Shown in pieces: positions 35,580 to 46,450 of a DNA stretch of 64,000 nt. Positions within the stretch are counted from its first letter, which is position 1. Each line of letters begins with the position of its first letter. A model generated the notes under the pieces. The model saw only the letters and a program-made list of their open reading frames with translations, was not told the origin of the DNA and searched no databases. The stretch is from Fibrobacteria bacterium. Its GTDB lineage: Bacteria; Fibrobacterota; Chitinivibrionia; Chitinivibrionales; FEN-1185. Made by a program: the position numbers and the translations under genes. The stretch spans positions 1-64,000 of the forward strand of contig JBBIGR010000022.1 of assembly GCA_037447435.1 (NCBI GenBank), read 5' to 3'.

Positions 35580-38264
35580 ATGAAAAAAATGGTCGGACGA
35601 ATTTTTTTGAAGTACGGTACTTTTGCAAAAGCCATGGTTCTTTTGGTTGTCTGCAGCCTCATTACATTTATTTGCACTCCATTGCCTACCACTGTCGGAT
35701 CGAATGACTATCCCATTCAACTGGGGCTCGGTGACGGGACCTTTACGACAAGCATTTTTTCCGGTCAACCGATTATTGCGACCATTTCCTTGCCCGATTC
35801 TGCTACTTTCGGCGATATTGCGTGGCATTTGGGGACAGCCAATTATGTGCATCCCAATATTGCGCCCTCAGTAAAACAGAAATCTTTCAAGGTCGAGCTT
35901 TTTTGGACTTCGTTGCCGATTTATAAAGATTCGATAACCAAACAGTTGTTCGACTCGGTATATGTGAGCATAGCGGGTGAAACAAAACGAAGCAATTCGG
36001 TGCGAATATATGTGACGAATGTGCCTCCGGTTTTCGACAGCCTTCTTATAGGAAACTCAGGTTTCAAAACCGGTGATACGATTCGGTATACGGTTTCCGA
36101 CACATCGCAGATGTTGACCATAAAAGCTAAGACTTCCGACATCAATCAGGATGCTCTTAAATACGGGTGGTATTCGTCCCGCGGGGTAAACTTGCCTCTT
36201 ACGCCGATTGTGACCTATCCTGTTCCCCAAGATAAATTTTCGGACACGATTGTCATCACAGTCTACGACGGAAAAGGCGGTCAATCGGAAAAGGTGCTTT
36301 TCCTGACGAAATTGCCTCCCGACAATCCGCCGGTGATTGACAGTATCAAAGTAGGAACAAAGATTTTTGGACCCGACTCATCGCTTTATTTGTATTCGGT
36401 ACGGCAAATCGATACGGTTGGTTTCACGGTGTACGCACATGATCCAGATGCCCAAGACACCATTACCGCTTCATGGGCGCGTAAAAATTCGAAGGATTCC
36501 CTGATTCGGAATCCGGGAACATCGTTTCAAGTCAAACTCCTTTGCGATTCGCTTTACAAAAAGCCATGCGACAGCATGCGTACCGTGGACACGATTACGG
36601 CAACCGTGCGGGATTTGCGCGGAACCACGGTGAAAAAATCGATACGGATTATCCAGGGATACATCAGACATGTGCCGCATCTTGACAGCATAAGCGTAAA
36701 CGGAATGATGCAGTGTAAAGGCAGCGTCCTGCTTTCGCGCGATTCGGTACGGGTCGGCAGCAGGGCCGTGCTCAAGCTCAAGTTTTTTGTGAGTAACATC
36801 GATTCGGGTGACACGTCGAAACTGACCGTTAAAGCGAAACTGTCTTCACAAATTACAAAAACATCCGACTCGACCGCACAATACGTTTGCAAAGACTCCC
36901 TCTATACCGATACCGTAGTGAGTACGGTTAAGGATTTGGCCGGCGACAGCGCAATAAAACGCATCGTAATTACCGTAATAGACCGTGCGCCCCTGCTGGA
37001 CAGTATCCGGGTGAATGGAAAAATACAGTGCAAAGGCACGGCGCTCATTGCGAAGGACACCTCTATTGCTACTCGTAAAGACACGCTTATGCTCAGGGTT
37101 TTTTCGAGCGACTCCGACGCGGGCGATACGGTCAAATTGACGGTGAAAGCGAAACAAACCTCGCAGGTAACCAAACTTTCGGACACGGTCGCACGCTATA
37201 TTTGCAAAGATTCCCTGTATACCGACACCATCGTCTGCATAGTTAAGGATTTGGCCGGCGACAGCGCGATAAAACGGATTGTCATATCGGTGGTCAATCG
37301 TGCGCCGCTACTTGATAGCATAGGAGTAAACGGAAAAATACAATGCAAAGGCACGGTGCTCATTGCGAAGGACACCGCTATTGCTACCCGTAAAGACACG
37401 CTTATGCTCAGGGTTTTTTCGAGCGACTCCGATAAGGGCGATACGGTAAAATTAACCGTAAAAGCGAAACAATCCTCGCGAGTGACCATATTTTCGGACA
37501 CCATCGCACGGTACGTTTGCAAAGATTCCCTGTATACCGATACTATTGTCTGTATAGTGAAGGATTTGGCCGGCGACAGTGCGGTAAAACGGATTATCGT
37601 ATCGGTGGTCAATCATCCGCCGTTGCTTGACAGCATACGGGTAAACGGTGTTATGGTCTGTAAGGGTACGCCCCTTTCCGCCAGCTATCCGGCAAACGGC
37701 AAAGACACTTTCATGCTGCGGATATACGCCTCAGACCCGGATTTGGGCGATTCGGTGAAATGTACCGTTACTTCGAAAAAAAACTCGTGCCTGACGATAC
37801 TATCCGATACGACAGCCAGGTATGTTTGCAAAGACTCGCTGTATACGGATACTATTTCATGCGTTGCACGCGACCTTGCGAAAGACAGCGCAAAAAAAAG
37901 CGTCATCCTAACTATTGTCAACAGATCTCCGGTTTGCGACAGCATATATGTATTGGATTCGATTTCACACGATACGCTTTCGTTTAGGCTGAACAACTCG
38001 CCGATTTCGGGACAAACAATGATCGGATTATCGGATTCGGTAAAGGTCAGGCTCTATGCGCATGACCCGGACTCGCCAAAGGATTCGATAGCTCTGGTAC
38101 AATGGACATTGTCGAGCGGGAAGGCTGTCAAACGGCTTGATACAAAGGGTTTTTTCGTCCAGTATCCGGGGCAGACCGCCGCATACAGCGACACGGTCAG
38201 CGTCCAAATTACCGACACAAAATTGAAGTCCTCCAAAATGTCCTTGATTTTCAAAAGCCATTAG
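35580..38264 (+). CDS. Large lipoprotein with tandem Ig/cadherin-like repeats
   Basis: Hydrophobic stretch ending LITFIC; repeated N..P.LDS and D.D.GD motifs; start uncertain (35523-35634). Confidence 0.75.
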   Translation: MKKMVGRIFLKYGTFAKAMVLLVVCSLITFICTPLPTTVGSNDYPIQLGLGDGTFTTSIFSGQPIIATISLPDSATFGDIAWHLGTANYVHPNIAPSVKQKSFKVELFWTSLPIYKDSITKQLFDSVYVSIAGETKRSNSVRIYVTNVPPVFDSLLIGNSGFKTGDTIRYTVSDTSQMLTIKAKTSDINQDALKYGWYSSRGVNLPLTPIVTYPVPQDKFSDTIVITVYDGKGGQSEKVLFLTKLPPDNPPVIDSIKVGTKIFGPDSSLYLYSVRQIDTVGFTVYAHDPDAQDTITASWARKNSKDSLIRNPGTSFQVKLLCDSLYKKPCDSMRTVDTITATVRDLRGTTVKKSIRIIQGYIRHVPHLDSISVNGMMQCKGSVLLSRDSVRVGSRAVLKLKFFVSNIDSGDTSKLTVKAKLSSQITKTSDSTAQYVCKDSLYTDTVVSTVKDLAGDSAIKRIVITVIDRAPLLDSIRVNGKIQCKGTALIAKDTSIATRKDTLMLRVFSSDSDAGDTVKLTVKAKQTSQVTKLSDTVARYICKDSLYTDTIVCIVKDLAGDSAIKRIVISVVNRAPLLDSIGVNGKIQCKGTVLIAKDTAIATRKDTLMLRVFSSDSDKGDTVKLTVKAKQSSRVTIFSDTIARYVCKDSLYTDTIVCIVKDLAGDSAVKRIIVSVVNHPPLLDSIRVNGVMVCKGTPLSASYPANGKDTFMLRIYASDPDLGDSVKCTVTSKKNSCLTILSDTTARYVCKDSLYTDTISCVARDLAKDSAKKSVILTIVNRSPVCDSIYVLDSISHDTLSFRLNNSPISGQTMIGLSDSVKVRLYAHDPDSPKDSIALVQWTLSSGKAVKRLDTKGFFVQYPGQTAAYSDTVSVQITDTKLKSSKMSLIFKSH
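36672..37925 (+). repeat. Four tandem ~315-bp (105-aa) intragenic repeats
   Basis: Units start at 36672, 36987, 37302 and 37617; each contains LDSI.VNG..CKG and Y.CKDSLYTDT....KDLA.DSA. Confidence 0.9.
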
Positions 38265-38344
38265 CATCTACATAGGAAATTTTTGTGCGTGGCGATTAGA
38301 CCATGGCACGCATGCTTGATTTCCCCTGAAACGTTTTTTTCGTG

Positions 38345-39052
38345 CTACAATCCCTGCATGCGAAGATCGTCTTTTTTCTTGTTGATTTCGGTTTCGAGGT
38401 CGAGCGAGGTAAGGGAAAGCAGGTAATCGAAACGCTTTTCCATGGCGCAGATATTGATCGAAAAGAGAATACGCGTTTTAGGATGGTCCCACCGTGCATA
38501 GGCCGAGACCATTATTTTTTTGTAATATTCATACGGATAATACCGAAGGTTCCAGGCTTCTTTTTTCAAATACGCGTCCAGATTCGAAAACATGTAGCGC
38601 GGATCGAGCTTGTCGAAATAAGGTTGTCTTTTTCCGTATTTTTTTTCCATGAGCCCGTAGATATCGAATATGAACGAAACGGTCTGGTCGCGAATTGCTT
38701 TATAGTAACCGTCGACGCTGCGATAGACATTATAATTGAAATCGAAGTTTTTTAAATTGTCGAAATTGAAACGGACCGTGGTTTGGAATAGTTTGTTGTT
38801 ATAGAAATAATACTTTACCGATGCATTTTTGCCCGCAACGATTTGCGACGCGATTATTACCGTTACATTGAGCTCTTTGGGAAATTCATCGGACGTGGGC
38901 TGCGGTGTCCAAGACAGAGGATTATTGACTTTTTTCACCGAATCGGGCGAGCTTCCCCAAGTCGCATTCTGAAACCCGTCAAGCGCAAAAGCGCTTTGGG
39001 AAACAAAGAGCAACACCGTGCAAAGAATGAGCAGTAAGCGTTTCATGATCAT
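38345..39052 (-). CDS. Secreted hypothetical protein
   Basis: Signal peptide, GF..ATWG.S...VK motif. Confidence 0.7.
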   Translation of the reverse strand: MIMKRLLLILCTVLLFVSQSAFALDGFQNATWGSSPDSVKKVNNPLSWTPQPTSDEFPKELNVTVIIASQIVAGKNASVKYYFYNNKLFQTTVRFNFDNLKNFDFNYNVYRSVDGYYKAIRDQTVSFIFDIYGLMEKKYGKRQPYFDKLDPRYMFSNLDAYLKKEAWNLRYYPYEYYKKIMVSAYARWDHPKTRILFSINICAMEKRFDYLLSLTSLDLETEINKKKDDLRMQGL

Positions 39053-39149
39053 TATTGTACTATGATATCCGGTTTTTTCAAGAAATTATCAGTTTCGGTA
39101 TAAAGCTGTCCGGAATTTCATAAGATAAAATAATGCAAGGCAACGCAAA

Positions 39150-39719
39150 TTACTTCGGCTGAACATTGCCGTGAATTTCACCCTTTGAAATGGTCATCGA
39201 CAGGCCGCTCGCCAAGACTTCCGGATTGACCGCAATTTCCGTCAAATCGATTTTCCCGCCCGCTTGATGCGAAAAAGATTCGGCTTTCATGTGAAACCCA
39301 AATGATCTGCCGTTGGTGTCGGCAAGGGTGACGTAATACGACGATGTTGATTGACCGGTGCTATAATCGACACAATGGAAAATGCCGTCTCCGGTGACGA
39401 TATAATTGCTGTCGGTACGATACAACTGAAACGTTATCAGTTTGCCTTCGCTCAGTTGCGAAAGCGCATAATCGTGGGAATAAAAGTACATGAACACCGT
39501 GTCGCCCTGGGAATAACATCTGTTCGGATAGGCGAAGGTTCCCGCCAGGGTTTCGGGCGTGCCCGCTGTTGACGAACCATAGGCGAAATTTCCCGTAAAG
39601 GTTATTGACGGAACATACAAGGGTTCTATAACGCCGTTTTTATAGGTGCAGGTGAGTAAAAACAGGGTTGCAATGACAACCGATAAATTTATAGGGATTG
39701 AGCGATTCCTCGATGTCAT
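39150..39719 (-). CDS. Hypothetical lipoprotein
   Basis: Hydrophobic N-terminus ending LLTC. Confidence 0.6.
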   Translation of the reverse strand: MTSRNRSIPINLSVVIATLFLLTCTYKNGVIEPLYVPSITFTGNFAYGSSTAGTPETLAGTFAYPNRCYSQGDTVFMYFYSHDYALSQLSEGKLITFQLYRTDSNYIVTGDGIFHCVDYSTGQSTSSYYVTLADTNGRSFGFHMKAESFSHQAGGKIDLTEIAVNPEVLASGLSMTISKGEIHGNVQPK

Positions 39720-39855
39720 AGTCGGCCTCTGCGATTCCTATGAAGGGATTACGACGGCTGTCTTCTATTTTGATACTTCGGCAAAAATCGCCGTTATGAG
39801 CCGTTATGATATTACTATATCATAAAACGCGGTACCCGGCCATTGATTTTGCCCG

Positions 39856-42408
39856 CTATTCAAAGAGCCGGGCAATGTCGTCTTTTTCAAGGCTTTTAAA
39901 AATCGACGGTTCGGCGGTGATGATTGCATCGAACAAAGCCTGTTTTGACTTTTGAAATTCGACCACGCGCTGTTCGACGGAATCTTGGGTTATTAGTTTG
40001 TAAACAAATACCGGTTTTGTTTGGCCGATGCGGTACGCACGGTCGGCTGCCTGGTTTTCGGCCGCGGGATTCCACCAAGGATCGACCATGATGACGTAGT
40101 CGGCGGCGGTGAGATTGAGTCCGACGCCTCCGGCCTTGAGGCTTATCAGCATGACCTGAATGTCGTCGTTTGTTTGAAAGTTGTCTACCGGTTTTTGCCG
40201 GTTTGCAGTTTGACCGGTAAGATATTCGCAGGGGATTTTATTTTTATCGAGCCGTGCGCGAATGAGCTCGAGCACGGAGGTGAATTGGGAGAACACCAGC
40301 GCCTTGTGTTTTTCGGCAACCACGTTTTCAACCAGGTCGTCGAGGGCTTCGAATTTACCCGAATCGCCTTTATAAGACGGGTCGACTAGTACCGGATGGC
40401 AACAAATCTGGCGAAGCCGCGTAAGCGCCTGCAGGATATGCATGCGCGTGCTGTTTATTCCCTGCGTTTCGATAGCCTGCATGACGCTCGATTTGCAGGC
40501 GTCGTTTGTGATCGAATACAAGGTCCGCTGATGCGGCGTCATTTCAACATTGACCATGACTTCGGTTTTAGGCGGCAATTCCTTGGCCACCTGACTTTTA
40601 GTCCTTCGTAATATGCACGGTTCGATGAGCTTGCGCAGTATCTGCGTGCGCGGACCGTTTCGCTCTTTTTCGATCGGGTTGATGAATGTCGCGGAAAAGT
40701 TGCGGAATGTGCCGAGCATGCCGGGGTTGAGAAAACAGAATATGGACCAGAGTTCCGACAGATTGTTTTCTATGGGCGTGCCGGACAAAGCGAGCCGATT
40801 GTTTGCAGTGAGTTCCCGAATGGTTTTAGCGGTGCTTGACAAAGGGTTTTTGATGGCCTGGGCTTCATCGAGAATGATGTAGTTGAACCGCATTTTCCTG
40901 AATATGTCGAGATCGCGTTGCACCGTTCCGTAAGAAGTAATTACCACATTTGCCAATGCCATATCGGAAAGCTTGTACCGCTTCCGGTTTGGCCCGTGGT
41001 AATTCATGACCAGAAGCGTCGGGGCGAATGTCCGGGCCTCGCGCTGCCAATTGAAAATAAGCGAGGTCGGCACGATAAGCAGCGACGTCTTTGGCGACGC
41101 GCCGCGGAAATACTCGTTAAGCAATAACGCGAGGGCCTGAACTGTTTTTCCCAGCCCCATGTCGTCGGCAAGGCAACCGCCGAGACGGAATTTTTGGAGG
41201 AAATAAAACCAGTCGTACCCTGCCTGCTGATACGGGCGCAATGTCCCTTGAAACGTGGGGGCAAGCAGCTTGCCCGGTACTGTCGCGTATCCCTCAAGCT
41301 GCAAAAGCCCGGCTTTCTTGACATCTTCCCAGGAGTCGCCGCTTATCAGCGATTCCAGTACGGAAAGCGAGGAAACCGAACTTCTTCGCATTTGAAAAGA
41401 CCCGCCTTTGGGCGGATTTTCGCACAGAGAAAAAATAATTGCAAGCTTTTCCAGCCATTCGCTTGGAATGATGCCGGTGGAACCGTCGGTTAATTTGACG
41501 TATTTTTTGCCGTGTATCACGGCGGAATAAACGCTTGAAAGCGCTGCCTTGCTTTCTCCGTATCGGACATCGATTGCGCAATCGACCATGGTACCGGTTT
41601 TGCCCGCAGAAACCGACAGGCTCATTCGCGGCCTGACAGTTACTGTTTTGAAAGAAACCAGGGATTCCCTTCCGAAAACCTCGAACCCCTGCGAGCCGAG
41701 CCGGGGTAAATTTTCTCTGACCCATTCGGCGGGATCGTTTGCCGGTGTAAACGTTCCGCTGCGGAACACGGCGCAACCTGCGTCGGCAAGCTTTGACGCC
41801 GCAGCCATTTCTGCAGCAAGTGAGCGTTGCAGACGTACGATTTTATTGGGGCCTGCTGGGAGCAATTTTTCGCGGCTTTTGTCGGCGCTGAAAAATTCCA
41901 CGCCGACAGCCAAATAGGCGAACCGTAATTCGACAAGAAGCATGCCGTCCCATTCCGAGAGATATAAACGCGGGCTCGGTTTGTCGAATACGGTTTCTAT
42001 TTCCTGTTGCTCGGGTTGGGGATTTATCGGCGGCGTTTCATCGGTTGCGCGAGATTCGGGTTTTTCCAAGGGAATCGGCGGTATATCCTCCTCGATCGGC
42101 GTATTGAAATCCATGCCGACCTGAATTGCCGAATGCGAATTAGCCGCCAGCATCGCGGCAACGATATGCTCGCAGGCGCTCCCGTAGCCGAATCCGCAGG
42201 TACATGCAGTTTCGATCTTGCTGCCGTTTTTTTTTGATACCACAGCTGTAATGTCGGAAGAGGCCTTAAAGGTTGCGATGATATCTGCGCCCACAATCTG
42301 CAGAGATTTCAGGGCTGATGTATCGGCAAATAAGGCACGGCCGGCTTCGAGCATGGGGCCATGGGCAAGGCGTCGTATTTCGTCCGAAGAAAAAAAAGGA
42401 GCGGTCAT
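39856..42408 (-). CDS. SWIM zinc finger-SNF2 family helicase/ATPase
   Basis: CTC......CEH (SWIM), LADDMGLGKT, DEAQ, SGTPIEN, SLKAGGVGLNLT, QAADRAYRIGQ. Confidence 0.93.
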   Translation of the reverse strand: MTAPFFSSDEIRRLAHGPMLEAGRALFADTSALKSLQIVGADIIATFKASSDITAVVSKKNGSKIETACTCGFGYGSACEHIVAAMLAANSHSAIQVGMDFNTPIEEDIPPIPLEKPESRATDETPPINPQPEQQEIETVFDKPSPRLYLSEWDGMLLVELRFAYLAVGVEFFSADKSREKLLPAGPNKIVRLQRSLAAEMAAASKLADAGCAVFRSGTFTPANDPAEWVRENLPRLGSQGFEVFGRESLVSFKTVTVRPRMSLSVSAGKTGTMVDCAIDVRYGESKAALSSVYSAVIHGKKYVKLTDGSTGIIPSEWLEKLAIIFSLCENPPKGGSFQMRRSSVSSLSVLESLISGDSWEDVKKAGLLQLEGYATVPGKLLAPTFQGTLRPYQQAGYDWFYFLQKFRLGGCLADDMGLGKTVQALALLLNEYFRGASPKTSLLIVPTSLIFNWQREARTFAPTLLVMNYHGPNRKRYKLSDMALANVVITSYGTVQRDLDIFRKMRFNYIILDEAQAIKNPLSSTAKTIRELTANNRLALSGTPIENNLSELWSIFCFLNPGMLGTFRNFSATFINPIEKERNGPRTQILRKLIEPCILRRTKSQVAKELPPKTEVMVNVEMTPHQRTLYSITNDACKSSVMQAIETQGINSTRMHILQALTRLRQICCHPVLVDPSYKGDSGKFEALDDLVENVVAEKHKALVFSQFTSVLELIRARLDKNKIPCEYLTGQTANRQKPVDNFQTNDDIQVMLISLKAGGVGLNLTAADYVIMVDPWWNPAAENQAADRAYRIGQTKPVFVYKLITQDSVEQRVVEFQKSKQALFDAIITAEPSIFKSLEKDDIARLFE

Positions 42409-43004
42409 TACCGAAAGTTGACATCCGATTGCCGCAGTCCCTTGACTTTGCGGGAGTCGATGATGAAATTCTTCAGGCTCGTTTTGTCGACAAGAAGAAA
42501 CGGCAGATCGTCTTTGACGAGAACTTTGAACGTCGTGTCGGAATATTTTTCCTCGCCTATTGTCACCCAGTTGCCGAAACCCGCTGCTGCCTGACGCGCT
42601 TCTACGGTATCGTGCGCCAGTTTTTTAGACGGTTGAAAAACAAAGGTCGTATTGTCGGCATGGCGATTTGCGACGAACTCAAGACTGCTGCCGGGTTGTT
42701 CGAATGCCACCGCGACTTTATCTTGCGAAGCCGATGTTGCGATGCAGGGTGTTTTGGATTTGAAATAAATTTGCTTGATGTAATAATCTTCAACCTTTTT
42801 AAGCCCATAACTTTCGGCGTCTATATTTTTATCGATTTTGGTGATGTGCTTCTCCATGAGAATGCCGTCGGAAATATAAAGCTGCAATTTTGGTATATCG
42901 CTTGAAGAGAGCCCGTATTCTTTGATTAATCCGGTAGTGAGAGCAACATGGGACGAGCAGCCGATAAAAATGGCTGCGAGCAATAATAGTACTAAGTGGC
43001 GCAT
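42408..43004 (-). CDS. Hypothetical lipoprotein
   Basis: MRHLVLLLLAAIFIGC lipobox from ATG 43004. Confidence 0.75.
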   Translation of the reverse strand: MRHLVLLLLAAIFIGCSSHVALTTGLIKEYGLSSSDIPKLQLYISDGILMEKHITKIDKNIDAESYGLKKVEDYYIKQIYFKSKTPCIATSASQDKVAVAFEQPGSSLEFVANRHADNTTFVFQPSKKLAHDTVEARQAAAGFGNWVTIGEEKYSDTTFKVLVKDDLPFLLVDKTSLKNFIIDSRKVKGLRQSDVNFR

Positions 43005-43201
43005 GGGAAAAGTCCTTTCATCGCTGCGGCAATATTGTATCGAACCAATAAAATAGATCAAAATCCCGCTGGCGGAACCGCTGATTTTCCTGATTTTTTA
43101 GCGAGCATGATTTTCCTGCAAACATACTCATGCAACGATAGTATTTTAGCGGAAAATTTAAACGACCGTTTCGAGGAAATTCAAACAAAAGGAGATTGGA
43201 G

Positions 43202-43738
43202 ATGAGCGAAGAGAAGAAGGAAACGTGGTTGAATTTTTTGGCATTGACAACAGTGATATTTGCCGTATGCGCGACATTATCGACCTTTAAAGGCGGCGGC
43301 TATTCGACAAAAAGCGTTATCAGCCAGGCCCAGGCATCGGATCAGTGGGCCTATTACCAAGCTAAAAGCATTCGCGAGAGCCAATATGTCATACAAAAAG
43401 AGAATCTCGAACTTGAACTGCGGGTTTTGCCCAAAACCGCTTTGCCGGAAGCGGTCCGCGGTTATGAGGATGCGATAAAAAAAGCGGGAGAAAATATTGA
43501 TAAATACGATAAGGAAAAAAACGCAATCCAAAAAGAAGCCAAGGCCCTTGAAGCGATCCGGGACTATGCGCAGGGACACAGTAAACCGTTCGGGCTCGCG
43601 GTGATTTTTTTCCAAGTGGCAATATTGCTGTCGTCTATTGCCGGATTGTTCAAGCGTAAAATGATTTGGTATATCGGGCTGCCGATCGGCATAGCCGGAC
43701 TAATCTATTTTGCCAACGGGTTCTTTTTGTTTTTTTAA
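43202..43738 (+). CDS. DUF4337-family membrane protein
   Basis: ALTT..FAV.A, ASDQWAYYQAKSI, coiled coil, QVAI.LSSI. Confidence 0.8.
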   Translation: MSEEKKETWLNFLALTTVIFAVCATLSTFKGGGYSTKSVISQAQASDQWAYYQAKSIRESQYVIQKENLELELRVLPKTALPEAVRGYEDAIKKAGENIDKYDKEKNAIQKEAKALEAIRDYAQGHSKPFGLAVIFFQVAILLSSIAGLFKRKMIWYIGLPIGIAGLIYFANGFFLFF

Positions 43739-43770
43739 AGACTGGGCAGTTGCGACAAACCAGTAAATAG

Positions 43771-43793
43771 ATACCGCCGGAATCGGCGGTATT
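43771..43793 (+). terminator. Terminator-like hairpin
   Basis: ATACCGCCG-gaat-CGGCGGTAT stem after the DUF4337 gene; short T tail. Confidence 0.45.
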
Positions 43794-43965
43794 TCCCCCT
43801 ATTGCACCACATGCGGCTAATATGACTTTTATACATAAACTAAATGGAACCATTAATAGGTTTTTTGGGATTTGAACCGATATTCTGGTAGAAGAAGAAA
43901 ACGGTTTATGGGACATTGAATTTAAGCGATTAATTTGAAGGTTAGTTACAAAATCCGGAGGAATT

Positions 43966-45090
43966 ATGAAAAAAAATCTTGTGATGACGATTGTTTTAGC
44001 AGCGACTTTCGTTACTTTTGCCCAATATAAGGGAAAGTATGAAGGTTGGTCCATAGGATATGTTTTTCAAGGAACACCATCCGGCAGCGTATGGAAGGCA
44101 TTTACGCATGTTGCGAATTTCCAGGCAACGATATCGGGAACCTCGGCAAATACCGGGGGACTTGCCATGAATTCATCAAGCTTCGTTTCATTATGCCATG
44201 CAAATGGAGTCAAGGCTATCGTTTGCGTTGGCGGCCAAGGGGAAAGCGCGCATTTCTCAAGCGCCTGTGCAAGTGCGAGCGGCCAGACCGCATTGGTGAA
44301 AAGCATAATAAACATTGTTAAAACATATAAATACGACGGTGTCGATCTTGATTGGGAAGAAGGCGAAACCGGCGGATTTGACAACAACACCAACAGCGTG
44401 GCAATGTTCAAGTCGTTTCACAGGGAATTGCGCGATTCCATCAATACTATTACTCCTCGACCTCTTATGACCGCCGCGGTGGCAACGGATTGGTATCCCA
44501 ACGGAACATCCGCAATTGCCCCGTACGTAGACCAGTTGAACAATATGTCTTATTATAACTATGTGAAGGACATGAATTCGTTATTCGCACCCGTTCTCAA
44601 ACTGGGGGTCCCCAAAAAATTGCAGGGTGTGGGGTTCGGCTGGGACACGGACAATGAGGTTACCGACATCAATGATATTTTGGCAAAATGCCGGTATGCA
44701 ATTGATAGTGCCTATGGCGGGATAATGGCGTGGGATATAACCAGCGCGCCGACCGCGACATTGGATTCCATTGCCCGGTACGTCACCCACACGGCAACGT
44801 CCACAGTAACTCCTTTTCAAATGCAAACTCAACGAAATGGAAACCTGTTTGTGAAAAATGCCGGCCAAACAGGCTCCTATGAGGTCGTTTATTCGGTGCC
44901 GTCGGATAACGGATTTGTCGATCTTGGCGTGTACGATTTGAAAGGCGCGGTCGTGAAAACCCTGATTCACGGACCGCAAGCATCCGGCATGGCAAGTACT
45001 TCTTTTTCGACGACCGTTTCAGGCGCCTATATCCTAAAATTGTCTACTAATTCTGGGACCCGGTCGACGAAGGCTTTTATGATAAAGTAA
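43966..45090 (+). CDS. Secreted GH18 glycoside hydrolase with T9SS-type C-terminal domain
   Basis: Signal peptide, CVGG, DGVDLDWE (DxDxE), YGGIMAW; C-terminal YDLKG.VV...GAYILKL. Confidence 0.88.
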   Translation: MKKNLVMTIVLAATFVTFAQYKGKYEGWSIGYVFQGTPSGSVWKAFTHVANFQATISGTSANTGGLAMNSSSFVSLCHANGVKAIVCVGGQGESAHFSSACASASGQTALVKSIINIVKTYKYDGVDLDWEEGETGGFDNNTNSVAMFKSFHRELRDSINTITPRPLMTAAVATDWYPNGTSAIAPYVDQLNNMSYYNYVKDMNSLFAPVLKLGVPKKLQGVGFGWDTDNEVTDINDILAKCRYAIDSAYGGIMAWDITSAPTATLDSIARYVTHTATSTVTPFQMQTQRNGNLFVKNAGQTGSYEVVYSVPSDNGFVDLGVYDLKGAVVKTLIHGPQASGMASTSFSTTVSGAYILKLSTNSGTRSTKAFMIK

Positions 45091-45131
45091 ACGTACACAC
45101 GTAACACTGCTCGTTGTTAAGACGGGCAGTG

Positions 45132-45767
45132 TTAAAATCCCAACTTCTGATTTACAAAAAGTACAAGGGAACGGGCCGGTGAAGGCCAGGCCAGTTTTTC
45201 ACCGTTGATAAGCAATATTTTATTAATTTTGCTTCCCGGAATGCCGTAGGCCACCTTCACGCGTTCGGATTCCAGCGGCAAAACATGTTCCTTTATCCGT
45301 TTCATTCCCAATTCGACGGTAGCGACAATCTTGTTCACGCCCACAACATAGACGACATGGTCGGAACCGCTTGCCTCGCCGGCAAGTTGGCTGCCTGTCA
45401 TTGACGCAATAAGAATATGGCCGTCTTCGGTTACCGCATGAGCGCTGCCGATGGTCCAATCTGCTGCGGCGCCCATCCGTTGCATTTCGCGGCCGTGTTT
45501 GGCCCGGTCCATTGCGTTGAGTTTTGTCTTTACAGAATCATAGTTTCCGGATCCGTTGAGGGCGTCCGCTATTCCGGTTTCTTCAAGTGTTCGGGACGAC
45601 ATGGTCATTACTTCCGCACCCAAAGGTATGATTTCGAGCACTTTTGTTTTTGCTTCGATTGAAGAATTTACCAGTTGGGCATCGATGCCGTTTTCTTTCA
45701 GAGCCGATATGCATTTGACAATTGTCGCTTTATCGGCCAAAGCGTTCCAGTTTCCGTCATATCCCAT
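45132..45767 (-). CDS. LUD/LutC-like (lactate utilization domain) protein
   Basis: L.ENGI, S.TL.E.G, SAHAVTEDG, VVGVNKIV, C-terminal LGF. Confidence 0.75.
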   Translation of the reverse strand: MGYDGNWNALADKATIVKCISALKENGIDAQLVNSSIEAKTKVLEIIPLGAEVMTMSSRTLEETGIADALNGSGNYDSVKTKLNAMDRAKHGREMQRMGAAADWTIGSAHAVTEDGHILIASMTGSQLAGEASGSDHVVYVVGVNKIVATVELGMKRIKEHVLPLESERVKVAYGIPGSKINKILLINGEKLAWPSPARSLVLFVNQKLGF

Positions 45768-45778
45768 ACAATGCTCCT

Positions 45779-46378
45779 TTATTCATGACCTTTCATCCAG
45801 GCTTCTTTGGCCACTTCCAGTTCGATACGACGATCGGGCACAAGCCACCATAATGCGACCCCAATGTACATTCCGTTTGCCAAAAACGGTATGAAGAAAG
45901 CGATCGGTATTGCTGTCAAGTAAAGTAATATCGAGAGATTGCCCTTTATGTCCGTTCCGATTGCTTTTGCAAGTATCGATTCCGATCCATGTCTGGCAAT
46001 GATTGTGCGAACCAGAATCCAATAGGCTATAGCATTCATAAGCAGTACTGTTCCGTAAAGCGCTGTCGGAACGGCAGCAAATTCATTTGCACCCATCCAT
46101 CGCGTTACAAAGGGAATAAGCGAAAGCCAGAATAGAAGGTGCAAATTAGCCCATAAAATGGCCCCGTTCACTTTATGCGCCACATGCAGCATATGATGAT
46201 GGTTGTTCCAGTAAATTCCCACATACATAAAGCTGAGTACATAACAAAGGAACACGGGAATAATCGCCCGCAAAGCGTTTAGGTCGCGGCCCAACGGTAT
46301 TTTCATTTCAAGGACCATAATGGTAATAATTATGGCAATAACGCCATCGCTGAATGCTTCGAGTCGATACTTTTCCAT
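45779..46378 (-). CDS. TMEM175/DUF1211 potassium channel-like membrane protein
   Basis: RLEAFSDGVIAIIITIMVLE, YWNNHHH, LFWLSLIPF. Confidence 0.92.
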   Translation of the reverse strand: MEKYRLEAFSDGVIAIIITIMVLEMKIPLGRDLNALRAIIPVFLCYVLSFMYVGIYWNNHHHMLHVAHKVNGAILWANLHLLFWLSLIPFVTRWMGANEFAAVPTALYGTVLLMNAIAYWILVRTIIARHGSESILAKAIGTDIKGNLSILLYLTAIPIAFFIPFLANGMYIGVALWWLVPDRRIELEVAKEAWMKGHE

Positions 46379-46450
46379 GTTACGCCTTTGCTTTACCCGG
46401 TCCCGAAAATTGGAAATACCTAAGAACGAAAAAAACGAAGCGATCGTCTT

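Noticed and set aside
36672..37925. CRISPR-like or non-coding repeat array
   Set aside because: Repeats are 315-nt in-frame coding units with no spacers and no cas genes
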